This document shows positions 46,078 to 60,380 of a DNA stretch of 64,000 nt, piece after piece. A model generated the notes under the pieces. That model saw only the letters and a program-made list of their open reading frames with translations, was not told the DNA's origin and did no database searches. The DNA is from the human T2T-CHM13v2.0 reference genome, Homo sapiens, in NCBI RefSeq assembly GCF_009914755.1, contig NC_060942.1, one strand, 5' to 3'. Made by a program: the position numbers and the translations under genes. Numbering within the stretch: the first letter of the stretch is position 1; each line of letters starts with the position of its first letter.

Positions 46078-48041
46078 TGACGGGCTGTAACACAACTTTG
46101 CTGGACCATCAGAAACAACCAGCAGGAGCTGCAGGTGTTAATTTTCATCTCATTGTAGCAGCACCTTCTTGTCATGCCAAGACGCCACACTCCAATTACA
46201 ACCATTTCTCTCTTCCAGCAAAGTTACAGAAATTCCAAGAGGCCTTGGGGCATGAACCAGCACCTCTTCTAATCCAAAGCAAATGTGAATGTTTCATTTG
46301 TGCCTCGGTTTTAGAATTTAGGTACTTGAAAAAATAGTGAGATTGTTGACTTAGCGATGTAAATACATGACCAGGAGTGGGTGATGTTGGAAGGGCCATT
46401 GGTTTTTCTCTCTGTTTTATGGTTCTGTTGTCATGGCGACATTTGTCTTGTGAGGCTCAGCATGGCAGGCTCCGGTTTTTCTACCATTCCCTCTGCTTTG
46501 CCCCCACGCTGTTATTCAGGCTGGACTAATCCTCAAAGTCAGTTTCAGACTGGTCAGCAGGGATTTGGATGGGCCACTGAAAGTGGATTTCAAAGGTAAA
46601 GTTGCCTGCTTGGAATAATTCTCATCATGCTAAGGATCTATGCGATGTATTTGTCTCAATTCTGAAGCCTTTGCTTCATCTGCCACTCAGTAATAATGAT
46701 GCAGCTTGGGAGGTGTTCTCAATGTATTCTCTGACCCTGGTACCTGTCCTTCCGCAAAAGCCCAGAGGTATTTCCCATCCTTCAGACTAAATCTCCACGG
46801 CTATGAAATTAATTAGACCATAGAACTCATTGTAATGGTTGCCCTCTGAAAAATGAAATAGACGTGTTCTTTATTGCTAGATGTCAAAGATTGCTAGAGA
46901 ATCTTTGAGAAAAGAAGCTGATGCCACTAGAGGATTTAATGACAACTGAGGGTAAAAATTGTTGGATAAGAAAATAATCACATTAATATCAGAATCACTT
47001 GTTATTCCCATGTCCTGTGTTTGAGCCAGGAGAGTTCAGTCTCTAGTGTGAGTCCTGGTGTGGGTGGAACCTGGGGAGTCCATAGGGCCCTTCAGTGGCT
47101 AGGCAAGGCTCAGAGAAGGACTTCAGGCACCAGAGGCAAGAGACCTTGTGGCTTAATGTAAATGATCAAGTCCTTTAAAAATCTCCTTTTGTGCCCCCTC
47201 CCCACTGCCCCCCTTTCCCGGCCTCCTCCCCACCCCACTGTGTTGTGCTTTATGCCTGAGAATCCTTACAGACAGGCGGACACTGTTCTCCTGCACGGGG
47301 ACCTTGTGATGGGGCAGGGAGGGGTCTTTTCAGCTGCTGCCCCTCTGGTCTCCAGCAGCCTCCCCAGGACCGAGAGTACTGGTGTCTCCAGCCCTGTCTA
47401 CCTCCTTCCTCTGCTGCCTTTGACACAAATAGCTCACTCCCCCCAGAGACACCTGCAAGGCACAGTGCCTTTCACTCCGGGCTCTCACCCCTCCCCACTG
47501 GTCTCCAGTCCCCTGGAAGTGCATGCTCCTCTGCTGGCCCTGTGGATGCAGGTGTCACCCTGCCAGCTGTCCTGCACCTGCTGCTTTTTTGTCTCACCCT
47601 TGCTATCTGGATTTCCTCATCCTACCTGTGGCTCCGGCTGCACCCATCTCCGCTCACCACCAGCCTCTTATCTCAGGCCGGCGTCTGCCTTCCAGCCTCC
47701 AGAATTCCCAGGTCTAACGGCCTCCTCAACTGCTTCTCCTGAGAGGCTCACGGGTCCCAGTGCTAAAGCCACTTTTTCCTCCCCAGCCCCCACATCGGTT
47801 ATGGTCTCATCAGTGCCACCACTGTCCCCTCCCACCTGACACTTGGGCATCCCCTCAGAATCTCCCTCTCTCCTCATGCCATCTCCCCTCCTCATGCCAT
47901 CTCCCCGTGCCCAGGCTTGCTGTGCCCCGTGACTCCCCGTCCTTGGCACGTCCCTGTCTGTGCACTCCCCTAGCCCTGCTCCGATCACTTCTTGACTGCT
48001 GTTCTCACAGCCTCCTGTCGGCCGCCCCCTTTCCTGCTTTG

Positions 48042-48105
48042 CTGTTCTCCAGTGCCCTGTTCTCTAGTGCCTACCCTGTTCTCCAGTGCCCTGTTCTCCA
48101 GTGCC
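48042..48105. repeat. 15-bp minisatellite x4 (ctgttctccagtgcc)
   Basis: Four copies, one substitution and one 4-bp insertion. Confidence 0.92.
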
Positions 48106-49259
48106 CGCCTAGCTGTGAGCCCCTTATGGACTATTTCTGAAATGCAGCCCTGAAAATGTCCTTCTTCTACTTGGCCATCTTGTGACCTTCAGCATAAATG
48201 AAAACTGTTAGCATGGCATATGACCCCTCATAATCCAGACCTACCCCCCTCTGGCATTACCCTCTGACACCTCCTTCCTGTCAACCTGTCAACAAACAGT
48301 GTGCCTTCAAGGGTTTCCCCAGAGATGCTTCAGTGCCACATTGCTGGCTCGACACTGCCCACTCTGTACCGATGCATTCTCATTCTCTCTCCCATCACCT
48401 CTTTCCCTGCCATCCTCGAGGTATTGACTGACGTGCTGTGTGCTGTATGCCCCCTGAGGTCTTCTGGGTCTCTCCAGGGCTCAGCATGTAGTTGATGCCT
48501 GCCAGTGCTCATTGAGCAAACGAATGAGGAGTGCTAACCTGGCTTATTAAAAATATGAATAAGGTGGTAAGTAATAGAAATCCTAAGTGTGAGAAAACAA
48601 AATCAGTCAAGTCTTGGTGGCTTTTTTTAAAAAGCCGGACCTATTGAAGGGTCTTAAACTGCCAATTTTCAAACGATTAGACATGGTTAGTCACCCTGGA
48701 AGTATCTTCCTTTCATTTTTAACATATGAAGGAAGGAGTGGAAGTAAAGAACCAAGGAAGACTGAAAGTCAGTCTTGTGTGTCACATGCATTAAAAAAGT
48801 CTTTTCGTAGATTCATTCATAGAAAACCATATGACCAAATTAACCCAATTCAGAAAACTATTAAGCCACAATCAGAAGCAAATGATCTGGGAAACCTTCC
48901 TAATTACATTTAAATGTAATTGTTTCCACCTCATAAATGAAAGTCAAACACAGGGTGTTGGAGTTTTTAAGCAGGCCTCTAATAAATCTTCTGATGATCG
49001 TTCAGGCCAGATTTTCATTAAAAACAGTTCTCAGACCTCCTCGTTTAATGTTGTGAATTCTTCTGACTTTTGGGTAGGATCAAGTAGAGTAATGCATTAA
49101 TCAAAACAGACCCATGAGATGAGTAAGATAAGAATTAGGTGCCCAGTTTGTTGAATTACTGCCTTGCCTTTTTGAGAGAGCTATCCTGATTAACAGGGAA
49201 CTCACGTATTTATTTTGCACTCTGGGAAGGAATTTAGAGCAAGTTAAATAGCTGCATAT

Positions 49260-49940
49260 GGATCTCATCTCCCATATCCAGTCCATCAGCGAGTTGTTCA
49301 CACACCTCCCAAACCTTTCTCATTTCTGTGCATTCTGCCGATCTCTTCTCTCACTCACACCCAAGTCCAAGCTCCCATCTTCCCCACTAGACCCCCGACC
49401 CGTCTCTACATCCAATATGGCTTCTTATAATGGCAGAGTGGTCTTTTTGGAATATAAAAATGAGCATGTCATTCCTCTGCCAGAAACCTTCAGGGGTCTC
49501 CCCTGCCCTTGAGATAAAGACCCCAACCTTACTTTGTCCCACAAGGTCCTGCGTGGCCTGGCTCTCCCTGCTCCTCCTCCAGACTCACTGTGAATCACAG
49601 GCCCCACTGGGCTTGTCCAACACAAGCCCCTTCCTGCCTCAGGCCCTCTGCTTTCTCTTCCATCTGTTGGGAGCATACTCCCTCCCAGTCTCAGTTCAGG
49701 TGTCCCTTCATCAGGGAAGCCAGCCCTTGACCCAGACCCTATGCATCTTCCATGCCTGCCCTGTGGCATGTACCACAGACGACTTTGCATTTGTCTGAGT
49801 ATGTTTGTGTTTAGTGCCTGTCTCTCCTGCTCAGCTTCCTCCCGATGATGGCAGCCGCATGCCTGCCCTGTGCTCACTCACTGTCGTGTACTTCCCACAA
49901 GCACTTTGCCTGGTGCATGGTGGGTACTTGTAGTTGTTGA
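49260..49940 (+). mobile_element. L2 LINE relic
   Basis: catatccagtccatcagc...gagcatgtcattcctctgc...cctggtgcatggtgggtact typical of the L2 3' region. Confidence 0.7.
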
Positions 49941-50490
49941 TGTGGAAATCTAGGTGTTAGCATGATGCCCGGACAAGCCTCTCACCTCTTTGGCCCTCTG
50001 CAAAACTGTTGACTCTGACCCAGAAGAAAGCCCATTCCTCCCCAATGCCAAACAGTCAAGTCACTTCCACAGTGGGGCAAAGCAAGTGCAGTTGTCATGG
50101 GGTGAAACAGACATGCAGTCAGCCTTCCACGGTGTTTCAACCTTCTTTTTTTTTAATTTCACAGTTAGAAATATCAGACCATGAAGTTTGGTAGCTGTTC
50201 CTTCATGTAATGAAGCTGCAGCTGTTGCCATTATTTTGCAATTTGTTTTCTTTCTGATTGGTAAGAATCTGGGGCTGCTGGTTTCTAGGGCCTAATATGA
50301 AAGTTTCCACTGAAGAAATGTCAGTGTTTGAACTATGATCCTGTGCCAAGCAGGAAGAATAAGCCGTACCCCCATTCACTGCTGTGCACACATACCTGCC
50401 CCCACCGGGAGGAGGGGCCCTTTTAGGGCTGTAACAAGTGAAAATTCTTTATTGCAAGTTCAGCAGAGCAACGTCTAATTTGGTTATGGG

Positions 50491-50795
50491 TTTGTTTGTT
50501 TGTTTGTTTTTTGAGACAGAGTCTCGCTCTGTCACCCAGGCTGGAGTGCAGTGGCAGAATATCGGCTCACTGCAACCTCTGCCTCCTACTTTCAAGCAAT
50601 TCTCAATGCCTCAGCCTGCTGAGTAGCTGAGACTACAGGTGCAAGCCACCATGCCCAGCTAATTTTTGTATTTTTAGTGGAGACAGGACTTCATCATATT
50701 GCCCAGGCTGGTCTCGAACTCCTGGCCTCAAGTGATCTGCCCACCTCAGCCTCCCGAAGTGCTGGGCTTACAGGTGTGAGCCACCGTGCTTGGCC
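50491..50795 (-). mobile_element. Alu, full length, (AAAC)n tail
   Basis: Both arms antisense. Confidence 0.93.
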
Positions 50796-52945
50796 TGATT
50801 TGATTGTTTTGAAGAGCTGCCAGAAGTTTCAAGAGGCTGTGCAGTAGTTGGAGGGAGACCATGGGCAGCAGCCATATAGGAAGGTTCTTTAGGATCGGGT
50901 CGAGCCAGTCTCCATAGGAATGATTACCCAAAGGGAACAAGGAGGACATCATCTCAGACATTGAAGTGGTTAGTGGCCCTCCCAGAAGCCACAGCACATT
51001 CCACAGGTGTACTGTGGATCTCTCTGTTAAGATTTCATGGAGAGAGGTGGGCCACTGGCAGAAAGAATCTAAAAAGGCTCTTTAGGGGGTGATAATGAAT
51101 TAAAAGGTAGAGAAACACTTGGGGGAAGGCAGTGAGTGAAAAGGCAGAAATGGTCAATGAGGGAGAGGGCAGAGCATGTCCTGGCGGAAGCCAGGAGCCA
51201 GACGAAGAGCCCGGAGCTGGAGGTGGCTCCCAGGAGCGCTGAGGCCCCGGCCCCTTCAGGCCAGTCAGGGACACAGAGGGGTGGCACCTGGGGAGACGGG
51301 AAGTGGGAAGGCTGGCATGGACTTGCTGCCTCCCTGCTGTCGGTAGTTGCGCTGCTGGAGAGGCTGGGGAGGATGAGGAAGGCCTGGTTGGTGGAGTGAT
51401 GGGGGTGCAGGGTGCTGACTGCCCCCGAGGCCGTGCCCTGCAGGATTTGTGAGCACCCATCAGTGGGCGTTTGCCCAGCAGTGCTCCGTTTCCAAGAATG
51501 GAGTCTGACAAGCAGATAAGCCTTGCTCCACCCAAGTCCAGCATATTCCATATGAGCCAAGCTGTTTCTCAGCAGCTTCCCAGGCAGCGCAAAGCATTTA
51601 TGGAGGGTCAGGGAGATGTGTGGGAATCGGGTTGTTAACTGGCCAAGGCAGGGAGTCCCCCAGAAGTTCCTCTGATCTCTGTGAGGAAGAGAGCCAAGTT
51701 TATGCTGGGGCCAGTAGACTTAAAGAGGAATTTTTCTACTGCAGTGTTCTCCCACGAGCTCTTGCTGAGCGCCTGCTGTGGCTGGGCATTGTGTTCCTTG
51801 TGTGGGGTCCTCCAGGAGCCCAGGCACAGGAGGGCGATGGCCCAGAAAGCCCTGGGAGGGCGGGGTGTGCGTTTCGTGGCTGAAGGTGGCAAGAATCCAC
51901 CCCACAGAGCAGGCTCTGCAGACTGCTCACCAGGGAGCAGGGCCCCTGGGTGCCAGCACCAGCTCCATCTGCAGTTCGCTGTTTCTCCTTGGTCACTTTG
52001 CTGGATTTCTGCCTCCGGGATGCTGTCCACCCTCATGACGGGGGCCAGGGCGCTGCCGCAGCACCTATAGGAGATGCGCAGGGCAGAGAGCAGCCCCTGT
52101 GTGACGCTGCCCCGATTTCTCCCACTTAGGGTTGACACTGTCACGGTACCACCCGGTGTTCAGTGCTGAGGACATACAGTCCCTCCCCTCCTGTGGTGGC
52201 AACAGCTGATGTTAAGAAGGGACAAATTTGGGCGAAAGGAGAACACAGGCTGTAGTTAGAGTGATGGTGAGACAGGAATGAAGGCCCGCAGGGAATCTGT
52301 GTGCCTGGAGGCGAGCATTAGAGTCAGATAGCCGCCTCTCCAACCCCCATGGAGCCTCGTGCCCAACCAGCAAGGACTCTGGGGCATCGGCCAGTGGCAG
52401 TAAGCCAGTGTGGTGGGCTGGACAATATGCCTGCACTGCAGGAGACGGTGTCACGATCAGCCCCCGACAGCCGGTCTCAAAAGTGGAATTTGAAGAGTGG
52501 TCATTGCTTCTCATGAAAGTGTCGCCGTAACTCATGAAAGTGTCACCTGTAACGAATCCTAGAGGGATGCATTTCTGTACCACGGAGGGCTCGAGCCGAG
52601 ACACCGAGATCTGGGGGCGTGACCCCTAACCTAGTAGCTTAGGGAGCAGAATTACAAACCCCTCATCCTGTGCCCATCCTTGGGCCCTCTCCTCACTCCC
52701 CCACAGAGAAACCCAGGGTCAGAATCAACCATGAGACTTGACGGCTGCCCACAGGATGATTTACTGCTGTGACCTCATTTAGCATGGGTTAGTGTGGGCC
52801 CATTTTTTCTTTTCTTTCAAAAATTATTTATTTATCTAATTATAAAATATTAACCTCCATAATAAAAATAAAGCCAGTATAATAAAAATATGTAAAATAA
52901 ATAAATGTCACTTATTCCCAGTATCTCAAGAAAACTCAGGATTAA

Positions 52946-53337
<392 letters not shown>

Positions 53338-53616
53338 TTTTTTTTATTATACTTTAAGTTCTGGGATACATGTGCAGAATGTGCAGGTTTGTTACATAGG
53401 TATACACATGCCATCGTGGTTTGCTGCACCCATCAACCCATCATCTACATTAGGTATTTTTCTTAATGCTATCCCTCCCCTAGCCCTCCACCCCATGACA
53501 GGCCCCGGTGTGTGATGTTCCCCTCCCTGTGTCCATGAGTTCTCATCGTTTAACTCCCACTTATGAGTGAAGCTGGAAACCATCATTTTCAGCAAACTAA
53601 CACAGAAACAGAAAAC
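53338..53616 (-). mobile_element. L1PA 3' end with 5' inversion (53568-53616 on + strand)
   Basis: ttattatactttaagttctgggatacatgtgcag (L1PA 3' end antisense) to ...ttatgagtga, then sense agctggaaaccatcattttcagcaaactaacacag. Confidence 0.92.
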
Positions 53617-53619
53617 AGT

Positions 53620-54050
53620 TTTCAAATTAATATATCACACATACCTTTTCATGTCACTGAATATCAGTCTATAACATTCTAATGACTGTGCTGAATTTTA
53701 CTTTGTAGACGTGCCATATATTTTTAACCATGCCCTGTTGGTAGACGTTTAGGCTATTTTAGTATTTTCTATATAAACATATAATTCTGTATAACCCTGG
53801 AATACTCACATATATACATAATATATATAGCATACAAATGTATAATCTGGAATATACATTTTGTGTACTTGACTAATTTTTTTCCATTGCTATAAACTCC
53901 AAAAGAGAAATTACTGTGAGAAGGGATATATAATTTTAAAATTGTGATGCCTATTGCCAAATTATAATATCTTCAGAAAAAGATTGAACCAATTAGACTC
54001 CCACCCACAGTGAAGGGGAGAACCAGTTCTCTGCACTCAGCAACACTGGC
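53620..54050 (-). mobile_element. Old L1M(E) 3' region hosting the Alu/L1PA composite
   Basis: ttggtagacgtttaggctatttt...attgccaaatt...tagactcccaccc; continues upstream of the Alu near 52800-53039. Confidence 0.6.
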
Positions 54051-55998
54051 TTATTTTCTCTCTCATCCCTGGGCGCTGCTTTTGGAGGAAGCAGAGTGTT
54101 TTCCTCCTTAGCCCTCCCCTCCCCACTTTGTCTGTGGCCGACCCGCTCATTCAGTAGCTCTCTGGAAATTACAACTTTCAGGCAACACCAAAGAAGGCTC
54201 TGTGATCAAAGAGAGAGGGCTGGATGAATGCTGGAAGGAGTGTATTACAGGGATTGTGGATGCTTATCTACTTGACCTCCTTCCCCTTCCCTGTGCGAGG
54301 GGAAAGGGTGGGAGGAAAGATTCGGCTTGAGTGTAGCCGAGCTGTACCGAAAGCCTTCTCGATACCAATGCCTGGGCTGGGATTTATTAACTTGTCATTG
54401 ACGTGGATCTGATAAGAAAACTCTTACCGAAGGAACAACAAGGCAGTCTGGGGAGGAATAAATGGGGAAAAGAAGAAAAGCCAACCTGGGTTTATTAACA
54501 CATAGAACAAAAGGTATGGATGAGCACTGTCCACGCACCTCTGAGAACCAGCCACGAACTGGCAGAGTTTCACTGTAGAAACATCCCCACCCCACCCCCA
54601 AGTGGAAGCTGTTTGGCATCCTCCATCCCCAACACGGCCTGTACGGGGCAGGAGCAGATGACCCCTGGGAGAAAATGGGATGCACTGGGAAGATGGCAGC
54701 TAGAAAGGGAAATGGAGAAATGAAGGATGTCAGCAAAACCGGAAACGCAGCAAAGGGATTAAAATTCACATTGGGCACAGTGAAGAGTTCAGTTGACTTT
54801 GCAGAAATGGAAAGCATAGTGGAAAAATGAGATTCCTTCCTGAATAAAGAGAAAAAGAGAATGTCGAGGGACCGGATGGATGATGAATGTGTTTTACGTT
54901 GAAAAGCCATCTCAGTGTGAATGGGAACAAGAGCCAGTGCGTGGAGAAGCCGCATGAGAGACCCAGGTGTGAGTGCTCGGGTCAGAGGGGCTCAGGATCT
55001 CCTGGGTGCAGGTGGCAGGACCAAGGAACCCCTGGAGGTGGCCTCTGCCAGGGCATAGAGTTCATCACAACATGGAACCTCCATCCCTCCTGGGTACCAC
55101 CCTAACACTTACTTTGGAAAACCCTCTCCCCTGGCTTGGTTTACTCTATAATGCAACCAGCAGGCAGAGGAAAAAAGATTTAGAGGGAACCCCACCAAAA
55201 TAGTGGCATGGCTTTCTTTCAGTAGGAGAGGTGTAGGTGCTATATTTTTCCACCTTTTTTCCCCAAAATTTCTACAATGAGAAAAAAACATTTTATTTTA
55301 AAATAGTAGGCCTCTCTCCCTTCCCTCACGCTGGTTACTGTGCTATGTGGCCTTATGGTAAGCTAGGTCTGGGTCAGGGCATAGGAGAAAGGGCTGCCCT
55401 GATTGCAGCTGCTTTTTTCATGATCATGGGTGGTGCTAAGGGAGGAAGCTTCAGGGCAGATGAGTGAGGAGAAGGCGTCCAATGCAAATAAATGCCTTCA
55501 AAAACCAGATAAATCTGTCTCTTCAGCCTGGATCCTTAAGCTTCTTTCTTGTCTTTAAGTTTCTGTTTGCATTTTTGAAAGAAATACCATGCATCCTTTT
55601 TTTATGACTAGAAAATATAATTTTCAGAAACAGAATGCATTAGAATTTGGATTTCTGGAGTCTTGATGGGTGTACCCTGTTCTTTTCTCTGTTAAACATA
55701 ATTAGTTTCCTGATAAATGAATAGCAGAGGAAAAAATGTTGCTCTTCATTATTGCTAATATATGAAGAATAATTAAAAGTCATAAATAACCATAAAACAA
55801 TTTGCCTTTAATGATAGCATCTTTAACTGTGTAACATCCTAGCAAAAAAGCCTCATTGGACATTCTCTTGTGCACAGAGCCCATTTGCCGGGAAATATTT
55901 CTGAATACATGTTGTCTTCCCTTTATAGTAAGACATTGTCACTCAATAATAATATGCAAGATAACTTCGTGATAGTAATTGTTGTTTTGTCTTTGTAA

Positions 55999-56109
<111 letters not shown>

Positions 56110-57971
56110 TGAATAATTGAAATGCATGTTTGGTCACTGTCCCTTGCTGAAACAGCTCATGCATTTATTATGGGCATGAGTTTATTGGTCAGTTTTCAAC
56201 AAGGTAAGTTCTTTTCTGGCTTGGGCTAATGGGAAGTTGAATATGGGATGGAAAGTCTGTCTTGTATCATGACTCCATTGAGCTGCCCTATAAAGGAGCA
56301 GAGGAGGGAGAAAAGGTCTATATTATTGAGTAATACGGCAAATACTCTTTTGGAATATGTGGATATCAACTAAGATTTAGAATTGCAACGGAGAACCACG
56401 GTGTCAGTGACCAGCAGGGCAAAATTAGGAACCAACAAAGAAAAAATATTTTGTCTCTCTCCCAACTTCTTTTCCATAATAGAAATGTATAGAAATAGTT
56501 AAAATGGATAGGAAGAATTCAGCATGTGCAACCCTAAGGAATTCTTTCTGGTATTTGTAATATTCTTAACTCAACTTCAGCCTCAGTGGAACAAAATGTT
56601 GAGTCTTTTTGGAAGTCTAGCTGTTAAGTGATTCTAAGACATTTGTACCAGGCAGAAGTTTTTCTCTGTTGGGCACGTTACGTTTTCTTTTTTAGTGTAT
56701 ATGTGTGCTTCAAATGCATAACTCTGGGATCTTCCAAGGAGATCCCCTGGTGCAGGGGTGAGGTGAGCACTGCAGTGTGTGGTTCCTGGCACCTGGTTTC
56801 TGCTCTCTTGTGGGTCGCCACAGTGGCCCTGAGTTCCTCGTTTGCATTCAGTGCTTCGTTTCAACAGGCTAGGCTCCCTCCTTTCTTCTCATTTGGAATT
56901 GGTCAGAGGTCTTGAAATCAGACAGCTCTTGCATTGACTGTGGGTCTTAGCACCTTTCAGTGTGATCTGCAAAGAAAAACCTACTGTCCTTCCTAATTAG
57001 GAAGAAACGGAGCGTGTTAGAGTCTCTACTCAGAGATCCTGGCAAGGAGTGGAACTATTACATGGCGGACTCTTTTCACTCTCAAGTTGAAAGCTTGTTA
57101 TGCTGAATACATAGACTAGAAATAAGGTACCTCGGTTCTTACCTGGCCACATTAATTGGCACTCTCGTTCTGAATATGAACAATCTTAGCTGATGACATC
57201 CTGGCAGACACCATTGTCTTCCTTCAGAAAGTACAGACTGTGAGTGGGGTTTAAAAAATATTCTAGCTCAGGGTGACCCAGGTCTCAAGTCTGAGGACTC
57301 TGACATGCGTGGTATGTGTCTTGCATCATTCTTTGCAGTTAATTCTTTTAGGGTTCAAACGTGGTGGGAGTCAGGGCCAGGCAGGGTTCCAGCTAGCTTT
57401 ACTTTTAAAAGTATAATTGAAATCACCAACTGCTCCCTGATACCTCTGCTCCCCTGGTGCCAGAAGAATGCTGTTGAGCTGTTCATTGTAGCCCAGGAGG
57501 TGCCACCTGAGAGGCCGCACAGTGGTTGTGCTGCAGGCTGGTCCTCAGGGCCATTACCATGGTTACAGTGTACCACCCCGAAGGTGAGAACCCTTCAGAA
57601 TGATGGAATGCCTGAGATGACATCCAGAGTACATTTGCCTTGCGATCAGTTTTGCTGTGCATTAAACACTGTCGCAGGGAACTTGGTTTTGGTGAACTTC
57701 AGTTGCATAAGGAGGTCTTACCATTCATCCTCTAAATTTTGGCATTAAATTATGAGTGCAAATCATTTTGCTGATAAAGCTTATATGTTATTGTTGAATA
57801 TTAGCACATTGGATACTAGAATGAAATATTAGATAACTAAATGCATTGTCCTGAGTACACTTTACAAATATGTATACATATATGTGGGTGTGTATACGGG
57901 TGTGTGCATCTTATACATGTATACCTGTGTGTTCATACCCCATGAACTTTTCCCTTTTCTCCATGTTGTCA

Positions 57972-58032
57972 CATTTTAAAGCAGTTAAAGCATTTAAAGC
58001 ATTTTAAAGCAGTTAAGCATTTAAAGCAGTTT
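57972..58032. repeat. AT-rich 9-10-bp minisatellite with higher-order unit
   Basis: cattttaaag cagttaaag catttaaag repeated twice plus a partial copy. Confidence 0.9.
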
Positions 58033-58284
58033 AGGTCAGCCAAACCTTGATGTGGGGGAAGTTAATTACTCTTTTGAAATCTCCAGTGAGATTTTAGGTT
58101 TTTCACGGGTGTTCCAGGGAGTCTTGAAAGAAGCCATGAATAAACTAAACAGTGGGGGCACAGAGGAGACCCTCCCCTCTGCTCTGCTGTCGTGGATGGA
58201 GGAGAAGCACTCCCTGTTGCGGAGAAAGCAGTGAGCACTAGTGATGATGGAGGTGGTTCAATATTGTCCTCTTTTCTCCTGCAG

Positions 58285-58345
58285 CTTAGTCATCCAGTGG
58301 AGATTTGTGAACAGGGTCCAGAAGCAGATGAACGCCTTCTTGGAG
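58285..58345 (+). CDS. NEDD4L: NEDD4L exon (~26): LVIQWRFVNRVQKQMNAFLE
   Basis: ctcctgcag| acceptor, GAG|gtaagc donor; 61 nt. Confidence 0.96.
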
Positions 58346-58795
58346 GTAAGCCATGCTGGCCAGGGTTCTCTGCCATGTGCCTCTGGTCCCGGGTCGATGG
58401 GGGATCGCGCTTCTCCTTTAGCTAGTGTGGTGGAGCTGATCAGAGACAGAGGCGAGGCTGGGGACCCTGCAGGAAGACCGGGATCGCACAGCTCACACCG
58501 CTGGCCAGTCTCCAGCACAAGAGTGTTCAGCCACCGTGCCGCCACCTCCTTTTCCTTTTCACGGGTTCTCCTGCTTGACTTCTCTTATTTTTACATTTGT
58601 CCTGTTTTTAAAGAGGACGTTTTACAGACTTGATCTAGAACCATTGTCTTGGAGTTTCAGGCGGTACCCAAGAGAAGGCTGCCTTTTGCTGCAGTGACAG
58701 GTTCCAAGAAGCCCGAGGGCTCAGAGCTGAATGATGAAGCGCAGTCCCCAAAGTGCCTGGCCACCCCTCCCTCCCTGGATCACTGCTGCCTGGGC

Positions 58796-59109
<314 letters not shown>

Positions 59110-60197
59110 ATGGACATTTTTTTTTAATCCCCTGCCCTTTTTCTTTGTGGCATAATTCATTGCAGGTTCTCTTCTATACAGATACATGGAAAACACATTT
59201 TCTTAAGCTGAGTTTTTATTTATTTTATACCCAGCCACCTCATGACAGCTTTTACCCTGTTACAGAGCAAAGTGGGCACTGCCCAGATCGAACTTTTAAT
59301 ATCAGGGATGCTCCCAGGCCCCTAGCAGTGGGTGAGGGATTCATCATTTTAAACAGTATTCCACTTGGACCAAAAGCAAAATTCTTTCTTAAATATGATA
59401 TAGTATTAGTTACCTCAAAGATCACACAGGAAACAGCCTCGTGTCCACGTGACTGATTTTCTCTGCACTGAGGCAGAGCTCTCGTGGGGTGATGCTTTCC
59501 CTTCACTCAGGTACCTACACAGGATGCGTGAAAGCCCGGGCAGCACACTCAGAAACAGCTCGGGGCCTTAGGGACTTAAAATGGGAGGACAGAATGGCAG
59601 GTTTCACTCTTTATTTAGATAAGAAATCCCAGGAAGCAGATTCCTGGGCCCCACCGCAGGCGGTCCACACCTTCAGAAACGCGGCGTTCGCAGCGCGCAG
59701 GGCCCAGCAGAGCTGAGCTCATCCTAGATCACGCCACAGTTAGTGGTACCTGGGAACTGGAGCATGGTTTTCTGTACGCACAGTGTCTGCACCCATCACC
59801 TGCCTCCCTCTGTGTTTCTTCTCCCTGCCTCCAGCACGTTATTTTTAAGCGTGTCTCTTACACATCTGTAGCCTGTGCATCTTAGGACGCACTGACTCAC
59901 AGCAGTGTTATAAATGGCTTTTGGAATCCACCCTGCCTACAGTATCCCATATTTTCATCAGGTTTCAGAAATTACTCCACTACTTGAATCTTCTAGATTC
60001 TATGCTTTTTCGAAACTGTTATATTGTGACTGTGCTGTTTTTACTGGAACTATAGTTACTTGATACTGTCACTGACATAGGAATCATCAGGAGAGATTAT
60101 ATTTTTTTCTGGCTAACCAGAAAAGTTTGTTTTTCCTGTGAAATTTTTTTTTTTTGAAGGCAATAGGTGTTTAAGATGTTTTTTTTTTTTCTTTCAG

Positions 60198-60257
60198 GGA
60201 TTCACAGAACTACTTCCTATTGATTTGATTAAAATTTTTGATGAAAATGAGCTGGAG
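60198..60257 (+). CDS. NEDD4L: NEDD4L exon (~27): GFTELLPIDLIKIFDENELE
   Basis: T12 ctttcag| acceptor, GAG|gtttgt donor; 60 nt. Confidence 0.96.
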
Positions 60258-60380
60258 GTTTGTATTATAAACATTATTTTATGTAAAGTGGATTTTTTAA
60301 AGTATCTCTCATTACTTTACAAGTAATATTTTAATATTCTTGGATCCATAATGTCCTAGAGAGTAACTTTAGATGAATTA

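Noticed and set aside
47162-47839. 225-aa ORF (longest in the track) as a nested gene
   Set aside because: Low-complexity Pro/Ser-rich translation of pyrimidine-rich intronic, probably L2-derived sequence; no domain, promoter or splice support
51035-52604. Cluster of overlapping 130-170-aa ORFs on both strands
   Set aside because: Expected from local GC richness; no recognisable homology
54395-54955. 186-aa antisense ORF
   Set aside because: No domain or coding-like features; intronic chance ORF
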